The position numbers and the translations under genes were made by a program. Source: Ptychomitrium polyphyllum (Eukaryota). Taken from it: a DNA stretch of 64,000 bases. Numbering within the stretch: the stretch's first letter is position 1; every line of letters starts with the position of its first letter. Below, piece after piece: positions 38,501-55,005 of this stretch. The notes under the pieces are model-generated. The model was given only the letters and a program-made list of their open reading frames with translations. It ran no database searches and was not told where the DNA came from. The stretch is from NCBI GenBank assembly GCA_973851085.1, contig OZ316776.1, positions 11,904,001 through 11,968,000 on the forward strand, read 5' to 3'.

Positions 38501-41500
38501 ATTAAACAAACAAGGACTCTGTATTCATAAATGGCACATTGCTTTGGAGGAATTAAAAGAAAAAAAACCTTGTTTTTTTCAACAATTCATTGAAGCTTGG
38601 TGACTCAAAGGTGGTGCTATAGTGGATTATAATCCATTTGAAGGTGAGTTCCTAAATCCTTCTACATTTGCCTTGAACATTAATCCTTGATCTTTGAAGC
38701 TCATTGCTAAAGGTTTTGTTTTCACATTAGGAGCTGTTGCAAATTCTTGCTTTCAATTAGGACGCCATTTCCTTGGCTTTGAAGAGGACAATTGCATGTT
38801 TAAGGTTCTTCTTGAGCCTCTTGTGACATATGAGATGTTCAATGTAGATGCCAACAAAGTGCACAAGCCTCCCATTTTCTTGAATGAGATTATTAACTTA
38901 GTAAGTTTTGAGGAGGCTTCTAGACCTACTTTTGTGAAAAAGATGAAGAGGCAAATATAAGTTGGAGTAAGTCTTCTCTTCTTTACATATTGATTGCAAT
39001 CATTTTTTATTTTTTAAGCTTTTTGTGCATTTCTTACTCATATTATTGTTTAGAATTGTTGTAAATGGATAATTTATAATAGTGAAGTTTGTCACGGGGA
39101 GGTATAGATACCATGAATAATTCTAAGGTTGATTAATAAATTCCAAGGAAGTGTACCATTTGAGATTTAGAGGATAAGTGGTACCTAATTCTATAAAATC
39201 AATTGACTTTAACTAATTCATTATGCTCTCAAAGGAAAGAATACTCATACAATGTATTAACTTTCACTTTTCTTGCTTCTTGTTCAGCTTTGCTCCATCA
39301 CTTTTCAATCATCTATCTCCTTATTTTTCCGTAGCTTCTATATCCAGCTTCTATTTGAATCTTTCAATTGCTCTGGCATATATTCTTATTCTATTTTTTA
39401 CAATTGCAAACATTATATTTCATTCCTCTCAAGAATTTATTAAACTATTTATTTTTCTATTTTGATTTTGAACTTTCTTTTCAATTGCTTATTTTTTCAC
39501 ACTTTGTCTCATTCTTCCATTGTATAATCTTCCTCAACGTATATTATTGCAATTGGGATACAATTCAAACTATAACAATTTGTTTTATCATACTACATTT
39601 ATAATGTCAATCTACAATTGATCTTTCTTTTTAAAACCTTAGTTCACAATTGATTCCTTTTACAATAAATTTGATTTATTCCAATACAATTTTTCATATA
39701 CACACACAATAGAAAAATGAAATTACAATTTCATTTCTAAATTCAAAATTAGATCACACTACAATTGCTTCACTATCAACCTTCCTTCACGATAGGAGCC
39801 CTAGAATCTCTTCTAGACTCTTTTATAAACTATTGTTCTTCTACTCTTCTACTCCTTCTGAAAGGACAATTGGTTTGTAACCGCCAACTATTATTTCAAC
39901 CTTTTATATCTATAGCCGCCTAAAATCCTATTCTATTACAATTTTAATTCGATAACAACTTGGTTTAGTCTATTGATATCATTGTAATTATTCAAACTTT
40001 TGAAATTACTAAACTTCACACTATTGTTATCCTGGGCTTACCAATTGTATGATCACAGTTGCTATTTTAACTTCTTTTTATCAAAGTGAATTAAATTCAA
40101 GCTATATTGAAGCTTCTGCAAAACCACCTTCTACTTTTAAATTAAAGTCTTTTTAGAAGATTAGCCCTTCTATGCTACATTGAATTTATTACATAAGTCC
40201 ATAGTGTTCAACCCTTTTTGCCTTCAAATGGAAATAGGCTTGTTTTGAATGACTTGGAGGCCTGATGCTATGTATATGAATATGCAAATGAGAATTGTAA
40301 GACTATTTCAAGTAGTGGATCTAATTCTAATTCAAAAAGTGAGTAGTATTGAACTTTACACATTACGCTACTAGTACTTTGTTTTTAGTGAAATCCTAGT
40401 GCTCCATTTTTTTTTTGGTTTAGATTTGATAAAACAATGTGCCAAATAATTTTTAGTATGCAAGATTTTTGTACATAGTTTTTGTATTGAATGTTGCAGA
40501 TGGATTATTTCTTATATTATAGTGACCAAAATATGCAATTTTGATGATGGAATTAATAGTACTTGACTAGAACAAATGCAAGAAGAATAGCAAAAGAACA
40601 TTTTGATTTCTACAAGGAATTAATAATATGGACAATTTATTTAAAAAATAATCCTATTTTAGCAAGAAATAAGAGATAAATTAAAGAATCCTTTAGAAGT
40701 TGAAAAAATATATGTAGTATGGTTTCCAAGGATGAATACAATATCAAGTATATTACATTTCTTAACTAAAGCATTGCAATGATATTTGGAAGGAAGATTT
40801 GCAAATTTGCTACTCTCCCATCAATGGTTTGGTTTGATTTGGTTAAACAAACCATGATGGAAGAACAACAATAACACACCTTAGGCTTGGAGTGAAGTAG
40901 CACACTTGTATATACAATCACAATTAATTGCACTACTTATAACATCTTCAAATCATTTTGAAAGGATAATAAGGCTTGAACAAATTATTGCAAACCTTAA
41001 GAATAATTATATTGTATTGATAATTTCCAAAACAAATGCACAAGTACACAACAACAACGATTCAAGATTAAATTCATATGAATACAAATCATCAAACTTT
41101 ATGCTTCCAAGATGTCCAAAAATATTACAAATCTAGCCATCATTCCGGTAAACAATTATAACCATTATTTCTAATGAAGTTTGTAGTTTACATTAGATTA
41201 TATCACAAGATCTACAACTAGCCTAATTTATAGGAAAGTGTAGATATGTTGACACCATTGGCTAGTAGAGAATTTGCACAACTCAATATTATACAATTAT
41301 TAATTTTTAGTAGAAATTTAACAAAACTTAATAAGCTGAGACACAATTGAAGACAACAAATTGAATGGAATCAAGTAGATAATAATTTCAACATTTCCAA
41401 GTTCTAGTAGCTTTTGTAAATCACCTTGAATTCTAATTCTTACTAAGTAGAATGTGTACAAAAACCATTCAATTTGATTAAACAAAAATAAGTAGCATAA

Positions 41501-43971
41501 TTTAACCTTCAAATCATTAAACTCTATATTATTAATTTTGAATTTCAAATCAATCTTTCTATATATTTCCAAAGTTATAGAGGCCATATTTTTTTTAAAA
41601 GAAAATTTTACTGCTTGCAAGTTATCCCAATCTATTCTCCACCTTCTGCTTACATTCTAGCATTCTTAATAGCATATTAACCAATTTCTTTTCAATAATT
41701 AAAAACATTGGGGCCATATTATATTATTTTTTCATTCATTCAAACAACATTTGCAACTTTATTCTTTTAAAGAGCTTAGAAATAATAATCAAGGTATTTG
41801 TGATATATTGGATATAACGTTTAATCAAAGCTAATTGTACTTTATTGTATATTCATGATGTAGTGAAGAAAAATAAGATTATGCATTTTTTGCATATTGC
41901 TATGCAATGTTGCTAATTCAATCCAACAATTCATAATCAAACAATTCACATTCCATCAATATGAATTGCAAAGCAAGTTAATATATTGTTTTGAGATAAT
42001 GAACCAAACTCTCCTTACATTTACAAAATTATCTCACTAAGAGATGGTTTATTTAATGATCAATACAAAAAATGCTATCATATAGGCATTTTGAAGTGCA
42101 ATGTTTTTTGGCCATTGGCCACTTTTATAAAGGTCCACATTTGACCAAAAGATGGTTTTAACCAATTAAATTGTTGAATTTTTTTTATTCATTTGTCTAC
42201 AAGCTCTCATATAAATTGTTCTATAGGAAAGTTTTTTATTATAATGTTATCAAATATGATGTCACTTTTGTTACTATTAGTAGATTAAATTTACAAGTGT
42301 CAAATTACTGTTAATAGTCCTTAAATCCTTGAAAATGACTACTTTAAAGACAAGTACTTCAAAAGAAAATTAATGTATTTGATTTCATCTAAATATTAAC
42401 TAAGTTTGTTAAGGTTAGTCTTTTTAAATAAGTTATATAAATAACAAATGTTGCACTTTCAATGCATGAAAAAAGGGTTAAGAATGCAAAAGCAGTGTTG
42501 AAACTTAAGGCTAAAAGTATTTAAAGATTACTACCATCATATTTGAAACCTTAATTTTTAAAGGCCAAATTTGCAAATCATTGAAAAACCATTTTTTGGT
42601 TAAAATATCATATACAATTTAAACAATTGTATTATTAAAATGATATTTTGGTTTATGTAGAGGTTTATGTAGAGGTTGAATTGTCACATTAAGATAAATA
42701 CACATAACATGGTCTAAATACATTCTATGGGAACTTGTGATTAAATTGATGACCGAAAAAAAAAAAAAACCTTAGGTAGCAAAACATCACTAAATAAGTT
42801 CACAACTAAGTTCACAAGTGGTTACATAAAATTTGAAGACTTAAGGAATTAATTATTCAAAAAGGAATGGTGTTTGATACATTTACCTTTGACTTATTTA
42901 CTAACACAAAAGACTTTTGGATACTGAGCATTATGCTTGGTATGTTAAAAATAGAAAATTGGTATTGAAGGCATTCATGATGCCAGAAGATTCAAATTCT
43001 CACTGTACTAAGCGTTAGGAGTACTGTACAATCTCGGCTTTTATATATCGTAAGGAATTAACAGTGTTGACTACAATACTGATTCTCAGTTGTGTATTTC
43101 AACATAAGATTCAATCAAAGAAAGATAATAAAGTATTTTATATATCTTCATTTCTAATATGGAAATGACAGTACATAGAATCTTACAAATGAAATCTACA
43201 GCTCAACATCCATGAAACATCACGACAATTTCTTCGGAGTACCTCACAATGCAGACGTGTCACACGAACCAGCTCATCAGCGGAGAACTTTTCTCTACTG
43301 GACCACATGACTATGACCCGTTCAAAGCAATCAAGAAGACAAGGGTCTAAAATAAAACATCACCTGAAGAAAATAAGGAAAAGCATCCATAACTAGGGTC
43401 AGAACAGTCGAATGTACAAATCAATGAAGCAAATACGGTACACACAGACAGTTTCAAAAGAAAGAGGCACATCCTGCATCAAAACTGCTGTTACCAACAT
43501 ATAAAAGAGGTAATATACTTCGGGGGAAAAACCATGACGCCAGACGTGGAAAACAACAGATGGTGCAAAAGCATTTAAGTGGGCATGTTTCTAGTGTGAA
43601 TGCCTGATAAGTCTACAAAGCTTCCTACTACAGCCCCCTTTTGGCTGCCAGAAGATGTTTGTTAAGTACCGATGACCAAAAGCGTTTCTGGTAGAATCAG
43701 GTGCCCCTTTGGTCGTAGTACAAAACGCACCATCTACAATATCACTCCCCATAACTATCACCAGATTACCAGCAGGAGAAAAGAATACACTACAATTCAA
43801 GTGATCCCAATTTCCACGGAGAAGTGGACACAGATAGGCTGTGGCGAATTACTTGTGGAATCTATACTACTGGATGTCAGCTGAGACGCAACCAAAGCAT
43901 GAACGAACCTAGAAGTCAATAATTATGATCAGCTCCAAAAACTGAGCCAGGTCATAAAAGCGGAGTCATTT

Positions 43972-47050
<3,079 letters not shown>

Positions 47051-47978
47051 TCCTGCAGAGGTGTCTAACTTTCCAAAGATATCGTGACGGTAATTGAAAA
47101 TCTTCAAATTCTTTAAACATTCATAGATATGCGTGTTCTCAAGGTTTTTCTTGAAATATCTTCCACTGCTGAAACCTACAGTGATAACCTGGAGAGCGTT
47201 CATACTGAAACGGTAAGGTTACGAGGATATGCATACCCAAAACCGATGTCGTTTGAGTTTGCCGAAGCAAAAGAATGTATATATGGTGTTGTTTATGTGT
47301 ATGCTTGTCTTTGCTTATGTTCCTAAAGACATTGTGGCAATACTTCAAGGATTTTGCATATTTAAGAATTATATACAAATTAAATCACTAAGATCATGAA
47401 GTGCTTTTGAATTTGACAATTTGGCATTTTCAACAAAAAATTATAAATTATCTTTTTAAAGGTTACTTTGGAACGCCAATGTGCAATGATTGTTGTATAT
47501 TATAATATTTTATATTATGTATATTAAAATAAAGTCCACAATGCTATCATAGCATTAGAGCTCTAAATTAAACTTTCTTTTCTAAACTTAATTATTACTA
47601 AATAACTAATATTGTTCAAATAATGTTTATAATAGTAGATTTAACTGAGATTTTTTTTATGTGATTTTTTTTCATTTTGTGCATTTTTATAATATGATCT
47701 CACTAATGCAAGGTCACTTTTGAACTAGAATAAATGCAAATTTGGTTTGGTTAAAATTTCAAATATACCTATATTTGTAAATTTTAGTGAAATTTGTATT
47801 TTCATAATTTAATCTAACTCAACCATTGAATAAACAACATTTGTAAAAACTTTTTCAAAAAAATATTTTGTAGTAAAAAGGCTTATAAAGAAGGAGATTC
47901 AAAAAACAAAAATTAATATTAATTCAAAATCAAAATAAGTTTGAAAATGCACTTAATAGTTAAATAATAAAAGTACCA

Positions 47979-48547
47979 TGTTACCAAGCTACCGGGTGTT
48001 ATACCCGCTACTACCGGACTTTCTCTATTGATCTTTCTCTATTGGTACTATTGACATCCTCCTACAGTAACTATCAAATGATAGTAGTAGTTTGTTTGTT
48101 TAGACAAACAGATGTAGATTCACTTTTATAGGATCTTGAATCTAGTACTTAAACCTTAAACCAAGAGAGTTAAGGGTGTGTTGTATTTGGTTTTTCCTAT
48201 GAAACAAGTTATACACTTCATTATTTGATTCATATATTAGTTTTGTTCTTAAATATATGATTATATGCAGGTTTTTTCCATTCTAGCAATTTCTATAGTA
48301 GTTTATAGTTTTCTCCTTAATACTACCATGCCTCCTTGATTTGGTAGTATCAGCTATAAACTTATATGGATTGTTTTTCCAAAATCTAGAATTTCTAGTA
48401 AAGAACTACCAAACCTCAGTGTACTTGGTAGTTATCAATTATAATATTGATATAGCTGATTTTTCTTAGATAAGGATTTCTAATAAGAAACTACTAAGTT
48501 ATTGATTATTTGGTAGTTCCTAGCTTTAACCGTTATAAACCGTAACA
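47979..48547 (+). repeat. 5' LTR of the Gypsy relic
   Basis: 6-bp inverted termini TGTTAC (47979) and GTAACA (48547), followed immediately by a TGGC-type PBS-like sequence and then gag. Confidence 0.6.
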
Positions 48548-49453
48548 TTTGGCAATCATGTAGTATTTTGAATAGGTTTATCTTGTTCCGCACCATTCCT
48601 CCAATACTAATCATTTTTCCCCTTGTACTCCCAATTGTATTTTTTTCTAATCTTATTCCATGCCATCTATGCTTCCAAACCTGTATTCACTTCCACACTA
48701 TGCACCAAGAATCCTCCAAATTGGTAGAAGACTTTGTTGAACGGTTATTAGAACTGGCTAATAACCTAACCAATCCACCTAATGACACGTTCATGCTGAG
48801 TACCTTCCAAGCGGGACTTCAAGAATACATTCAAGTAATCATAGTAGGCTTTCTAAGGAACACCTTTATTAAAGCCGTTTGGTCCGCTCAACTCGCCAAA
48901 GAATGACTTCCAAAATCTTTCTCCCAGCTCCTTGGCCTTTCTAACCAATTCTACCTTCTACTTCAACCTTGTATTAGTTGCAATCACTTAAATCACACTT
49001 GAGACTCTTGTGACAAGAATCTTGAAAGTACTAATGCAAAACAACGTCAACAACCTCTTGGCGTTCATCGGGTCAAATTGCTACTGAGTTGTGCCACTAC
49101 CAATACTTGTCAATTGTTGCGTCCGACTCAACGCTTTCCATGTTACTTAAGCAGATCCATAGATCACTGTGACCATCAATACCCTTTCCACCAAGATAAT
49201 GAAGTCAAACGCCTCATACACAAAAAGAAACAGAAACTAGCCAAAACCCACTCACTTGTAGATGTCAATACCATCAGACTTTGCCATGTTGGATTAATAA
49301 CTCAAAGTCAAGAAATCACCACTGATATCCCACTATCAAGACCACTAACAAATATTGACTACAAAAGAAATCCGCAACCACATAATCCGCACTATTCACT
49401 AGCTTCAAAGTCATCCTGTACCGACAACCAAACTTCTGAAACTTATCACCCCA

Positions 49454-50018
49454 TGTCACAGACATAGATTATATAATATACTCTTTAGAACCTTTTAGAA
49501 TCTTCTGGTACATTATAGTAGTTTCTTAGGATACTTTCAATGTTTCCATAGCCATTTCCATTTCTTTGAAAAATTTCCTAGGAAAGTTCCACCACCTCAA
49601 GAAACTTCCTAGAAAGGTTCCATCATGCCAATAAACTTCCTAAGAAGGTTCTACGACCTTAAAAAACTTCCAAGGAAGGTTTTAACTCCTTGGAAGTTTC
49701 TTAGGAAGGTATCAACATCTTGGGAAATTTCTTAGGAAGGTTCCGTAGACCTCTAGAACATTCTTAAGCCTTGTAGGAAGTTTCTTTAGAAGTATCCTAG
49801 GAGATACAAGCATCATAGTATAAATAAGAGGCAAAATAAGATGTTCTTTAGTCTTGCCAACACAAGTTGTGGATCATATTGTATTTTGCCTTATTCTATT
49901 ATTTGTATCAAATTCTTGTTAATCATTAGCTCTTTGAAAGCTAATTCTTGGGAAATACTTTGTTTTTGCTTTTTGTTTCTTGTATGATTAACATCTTAGC
50001 CCTCTTCGCCGCACAACA
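49454..50018 (+). mobile_element. Solo LTR of a different family nested between gag and protease of the Gypsy relic
   Basis: TGTCAC...ACAACA termini. Internal array of aacttcctagaaaggttcc-like repeats (~49570-49800) and a TATAAATA box at ~49819. Composition differs from the flanking gag/pol. It resembles abundant moss Gypsy LTRs (from memory). No clean TSD. Confidence 0.7.
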
Positions 50019-53000
50019 TGTATGTATACAATTTTAAACACACATCATTTCCATTTCATTACAAGAACTTATTTATTTATCCCTAGAATCAACCGCCCAT
50101 CTACGGCAGTATCTGTATCCGGTAATTGTACCCGAACCATCTTCTTCGATACAAGTAGCTACAATTATAGTAGTAGACCACCACATGCCAATTATATCAC
50201 TCCTGGTAGGCAAACAAATAGTCACTGATTTTCTAATCAATGGAAAATCAGGCATCAACATTATTAGCGAGAGAGATCGCCTCCAATTGAGTCTTCCAGT
50301 TCCATCTCCAACTCCATATAAACTATGTATGCCAAACGGTTTACTTGTCCAATCTACTGGTATATTGCAAAATATCAAAATTCACATTCATGGTATACCT
50401 TATATTGTCACCTTTGCCGTCATCACCTGTAAGGATATCCACTCCATCTATTTCATTCTTCTTGATAGACCATGGTTGAAAAATGCCCAGGTTATCTATG
50501 ATTGGACAAATTATGAAATCAAGATTATAAGTAATGGTATGGTCAAAACCATCTTATTTCTGCGAGAGCTTGGTCTTGAAGCAACTACACCTAATGTTTT
50601 GATATCCTATAATTTCGTCCAAGGCATTACCAATGAGGAAGAAGACATTCTACTTGCATCCAAAGAATACCTCCATCCAATTAGTACCCTTATCTTTTCT
50701 GATCTCCACAATCCTTTTCAAATGGCCAATTCATTTACAATAATTTTCCATACCCCGGGTTCCGTATCGATCGATGCTACACCAATCAAGGAAATCTTAG
50801 ATTGTCACAAGGTTGTAAAATAGAACACTGTCAAGGAATCTCAAATCTGCTTCTTAAACCTCAGTACTATCAATAATTCTTTCTACCATCAAGGTCAATA
50901 CTGACATCCTAGGTGAACTAGCAACTCAGGTTGAAGGTCTATTTTGCGAATCCAAGGATGTTTTTGTATGGACTTATATAGATTTAACGAGGATATCAAT
51001 CCATATCACTCAATATTGTATTGACCATGATACTACCAGTTCTTCCTTGCTCCAAGCTCGCTATCGCATGAACTCCAACTATGCTAAGGCAGTCAAAGAC
51101 AACCTTGATTGTCTCTTAACTGCAGGTTTTATTTCTTTGGTAGCCAAAGCTTCTTGGCTATCTTCCATTATTGTCGTCCCCAAGAAGAATAGGAAACTAC
51201 GCATTTGCATCGATTTCCACCATTTCAATGCCAACACAAAAAATGACCCTTATCTCTTTCTATTTATAGATGATGTTTTGGACTCAAAAACTAGGCATTC
51301 CATATACTCATTTCTTGATGGATTTTTTGATTATCATTAGATTCAAATTCACTCAGACAACTGCTAAGAAACCACGTTTATCATCAAATGGGGAGCATTT
51401 GTCTAGATGGTCATGTTGTTTGGTCTTAAGAATGCACTTCCAACATACTAATGAGTAGTCAACCGGGCGTTGAAAGATTATCTTGGCAACTTTATGAAAT
51501 CTTTTTGCACAACTTTAGTGTCTATTGCAATATTAACTCCTACTTAGCTAAACTTCATTTGTACTTCCTCAACTGTCAAGAATTTGGTATCAGCCTCAAT
51601 TCTAATAAATGCCTTTTTTTGCCTATTCTCAGCTATTTACAGCTATATCGTCTCTAAAGCTGATAAATTCCCCAATTCCGCCAAAATTTAAAATTTAATC
51701 ATGCTCTACCTACCAAACATCAAAGAACTTTAGGTTATTATTGGCCTAGCCCAATTTAACAGATGCTTTATTTGTAATTATGCAGCCATCATGGCTCCAA
51801 TTACCAAAATCATTAGAAAAACAAGTCTTTTCACTTAACTACTGACTGTGATATCGCCTACTTCAAAATCAAAACTACTACCTCTCAGCACAGATCCTCA
51901 TTCCCGTAAATTGGAAACTAGAATTTCATATCCATACCTATGCCTCGGACCTCGCATTTGGTGCCATGCTTACCCAAAGCCCTATTGGTTGCATGGACCA
52001 ATCCATTGCTTATGCATCACGTCTCCTCAATAAAGCTGAGAAGAATTACACCACCACCAAACGGGAAGCATCGGCTCTGGTCTACGCCATCAACAAATTT
52101 CGGCATTACCTATTGGGCAACAACTTTGTTTTCTGTGTTGATCACATGGCCTTCATCTACTTGGTCAACAAAACCCAAGTATCTGGTTGAATTGCTCATT
52201 GGCTCTTATTATTTATAAAATTTGATTTTACTATGGTATATAAACCTAGTAAAACTCACGATATTATAAATGCATTATCTTGCAATCCTGCAAGTAGTCC
52301 ACCCATTCATATTAACAACAATTCTAATGATGCTTTGGTATTTACAATGGAGCCCAAGTGGTTATCTACCATTGTTGACTATCTTCATACCAGTAATTTT
52401 TCCACCGACTCTACCTTCAAATAATGCAAACATTTAGCTTTCAAAGCTATTCCATTCAAACTTATTGACAATAATCTCTATTGCTAAGGCAAAGATCTCA
52501 TTCTTTGTTGCTGCGTATTTTCTACTGAAATACCACAAATCCTTACCAAACTCCATATTGGTGCTTTCGGTGGACACCTTTCAATTGACATTACTGTTTA
52601 AAAAACCCGCAATGCCAATTATTGGTCGCCAACCCTCTACAAAGATACTTTCAATCATTATCACATCTACCCTATATATCAAATTAACCGGCAACCTTAC
52701 AAAATCAATCACCACCAAATTAATTGCACCTTTATCGGCCAAATTTTTTATAAAATGGTTCCTAGATTTTATTGGCCCTATTCCTCGTACTCAACACCAT
52801 GGTTATCGATACATAGTACCTGCTACCGATTACGTTACCAAGCAGGTTAAATGTATCGCATTGAGAGGCAACACCACCCTCAAAAGCCCCTAGTTCCTCT
52901 ATGAGCACAACTTCACCCGCTTTGGCTTCTCCCTCCACATTATTAGCAACCAAGGCGTATATTTCAACAACTCGGTAATCCAAACTCTAATGGAACATTT

Positions 53001-53925
53001 CTTCATCAAACACATAACATTGACAATGTACTATTGCTAAGGGAATAGACAGGCTTAGTCCACTAATAAGGTTATTTTTGGCATGCTCTAAAAACTTGTC
53101 AATAAGCACCGCACGGATTGGGACATTTATCTTTCTACAACCATACTCGCCTATCAAACTGCATACAAAGCTGCTACCAATCACTCCCTATTCCAACTTT
53201 TATACGGCCTACTTCCCCTCATGCCTACCAAAAACCTTGTACCTACCTCTCGTACCTCTGGTAACCAAACTTTCAACCAACACCGTATTTTTGCCGCCCA
53301 AATTACCGACTTGGAAAAATTACACAAAAATTGCTTACACACGCAAGACCATCAAGACTCATCACAATAGAATTGAGCTCAATTTATCACAGCTCAAGGT
53401 AAGAATATTACTTTCAACCTTGGTGATTAAGTTCTTTGATATCCAAAAAGACCCAATTTTCATGCTGGTAAACTAATAAACAAATGATATGGTCCATATT
53501 GCATCTAATACCCACTATCGAACAATACAGTCCTACTAGTAGCCTTAGACTACTTTGATCCTGATCTTGCCATTGTATATGTAAATAAACTCAAGCCCTA
53601 TCAATATATCAAAGATTTTTAAATCTGTCAACCTATAGCTTCCAATTCATCTAAATTTGTCATTAAGGACAATGATTTTAATGATAACAATTTATGCCAA
53701 GACCCAGTACCACTCATGATGGTTCGGATTGGCCATTATAACGACAGCCCACCTGAACCAAGTACTCATTCTTCTCGCCGCCACTCCAACCCTAACGGTT
53801 CCACCCACTTCTCCTTTTCTTCTTGCCCATTTTATAACCCTTCTCCTACTTTTCACTTACAATTAGCTTCTTCTCCTTCTTCTTCCGCTAATATACAACT
53901 CCTCCTCTTTCTTTTATCTTTAGCT

Positions 53926-54798
53926 ATGGGTGCCGCCAAAGAGTAGTCTACACAAATCTATAGTTGCGTTTTAAATCATCCAATAGGCGGGATATGGAGA
54001 AACATGACATTGACTTCCATGAATTACTTACAGTCATGGGCAATCTATGCTATTGATATTATTACCAAATTTTAGTTCTTTTGCACAATTGAACTATTAG
54101 ATTATGTCCAACTCTCCCAAAATTAGCCCCTCCTTCATACTCATTTTGTTCTAAAGTTCTTAAATATTGCAGTAGAAAAAGATGGAAATGATTTCTTTAG
54201 AACCATTTCCGATAGACAAATCCTTATAATAACAAGTATGATTCATGATATACTTCATCTCAAAGGCGAACCATTTAATACCATTCCTTCATCAATAGCC
54301 CCTAGCCATTTCTTAAAAATTACCGGACCCGCGCCTAGAACAAAAGAGTGCAAGAGATTCCAACAAAGACCCAAACATTTAGTTCTCCACAAGCACAATC
54401 TTCTTCAAAGTGTCTTTTTTCAAAACGAGGTCACCTATATGTCAAATAGAATTGTTTATTTTCTATTGGTATTGACCAAGCTTGCTACTAGACCTAACCA
54501 ATGGGCTTGGTTCACTACCGTATACAATAACCTCGCAGCTGAACTTTTCAAAATTCAAAATGATAGGGTCTCATTTTGCATTGTTGCCAAGATTTGGCAC
54601 AAATTCCTTTCCTCATAGATAGATACTACATCTTAGTCCAATTCTTTAGATGATACCACATCTACCAAACCTTATTTACAACCACCAAAAATACAAACTG
54701 CTACTTCTACCAATGCAGGACCATCTTGAATGCAAACCGGTCCCAAACCACACCTGCCTCTAGCACCAAACAAACCCGAAAGTCCCTTGAAAACCTAA
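53926..54798 (+). pseudogene. Decayed extra ORF downstream of Gypsy pol
   Basis: The frame from ATG 53926 continues without frameshift through the 54238-54618 ORF, interrupted mostly by TAG stops: MGAAKE*STQIY...LHTHFVLKFLN...ITSMIHDILHL...QWAWFTTVYNNLAAEL..., then a Pro/Thr-rich tail. Confidence 0.6.
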
Positions 54799-55005
54799 AC
54801 AGAAATATCAGAAGCGCCAAGACCGCCGGACATCCCACACGTAAATTCCGATTGGACCAACTTACACTACTCTCCCTGGTCTGCATAATTTCCCACCCCC
54901 CTCTCTAGTCTCTATTCCTACTTTTACTCCTTACCCCTCCCAATTTTCCTTCTCCTCCTATCGATGTACCAGAAGTAAATCTAACTACCGGACTTCCTTT
55001 TCTAT

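Noticed and set aside
36400..41700. Short AT-rich ORFs; considered a giant-virus insertion or TE genes
   Set aside because: No recognisable viral or TE domain by eye. Probably old TE debris; BLASTx would be needed.
43360..43860. Possible 3' UTR intron of ROP (acceptor-like ttttcttcag near 43364 on the minus strand)
   Set aside because: No convincing matching donor, and it cannot be supported without transcript data.
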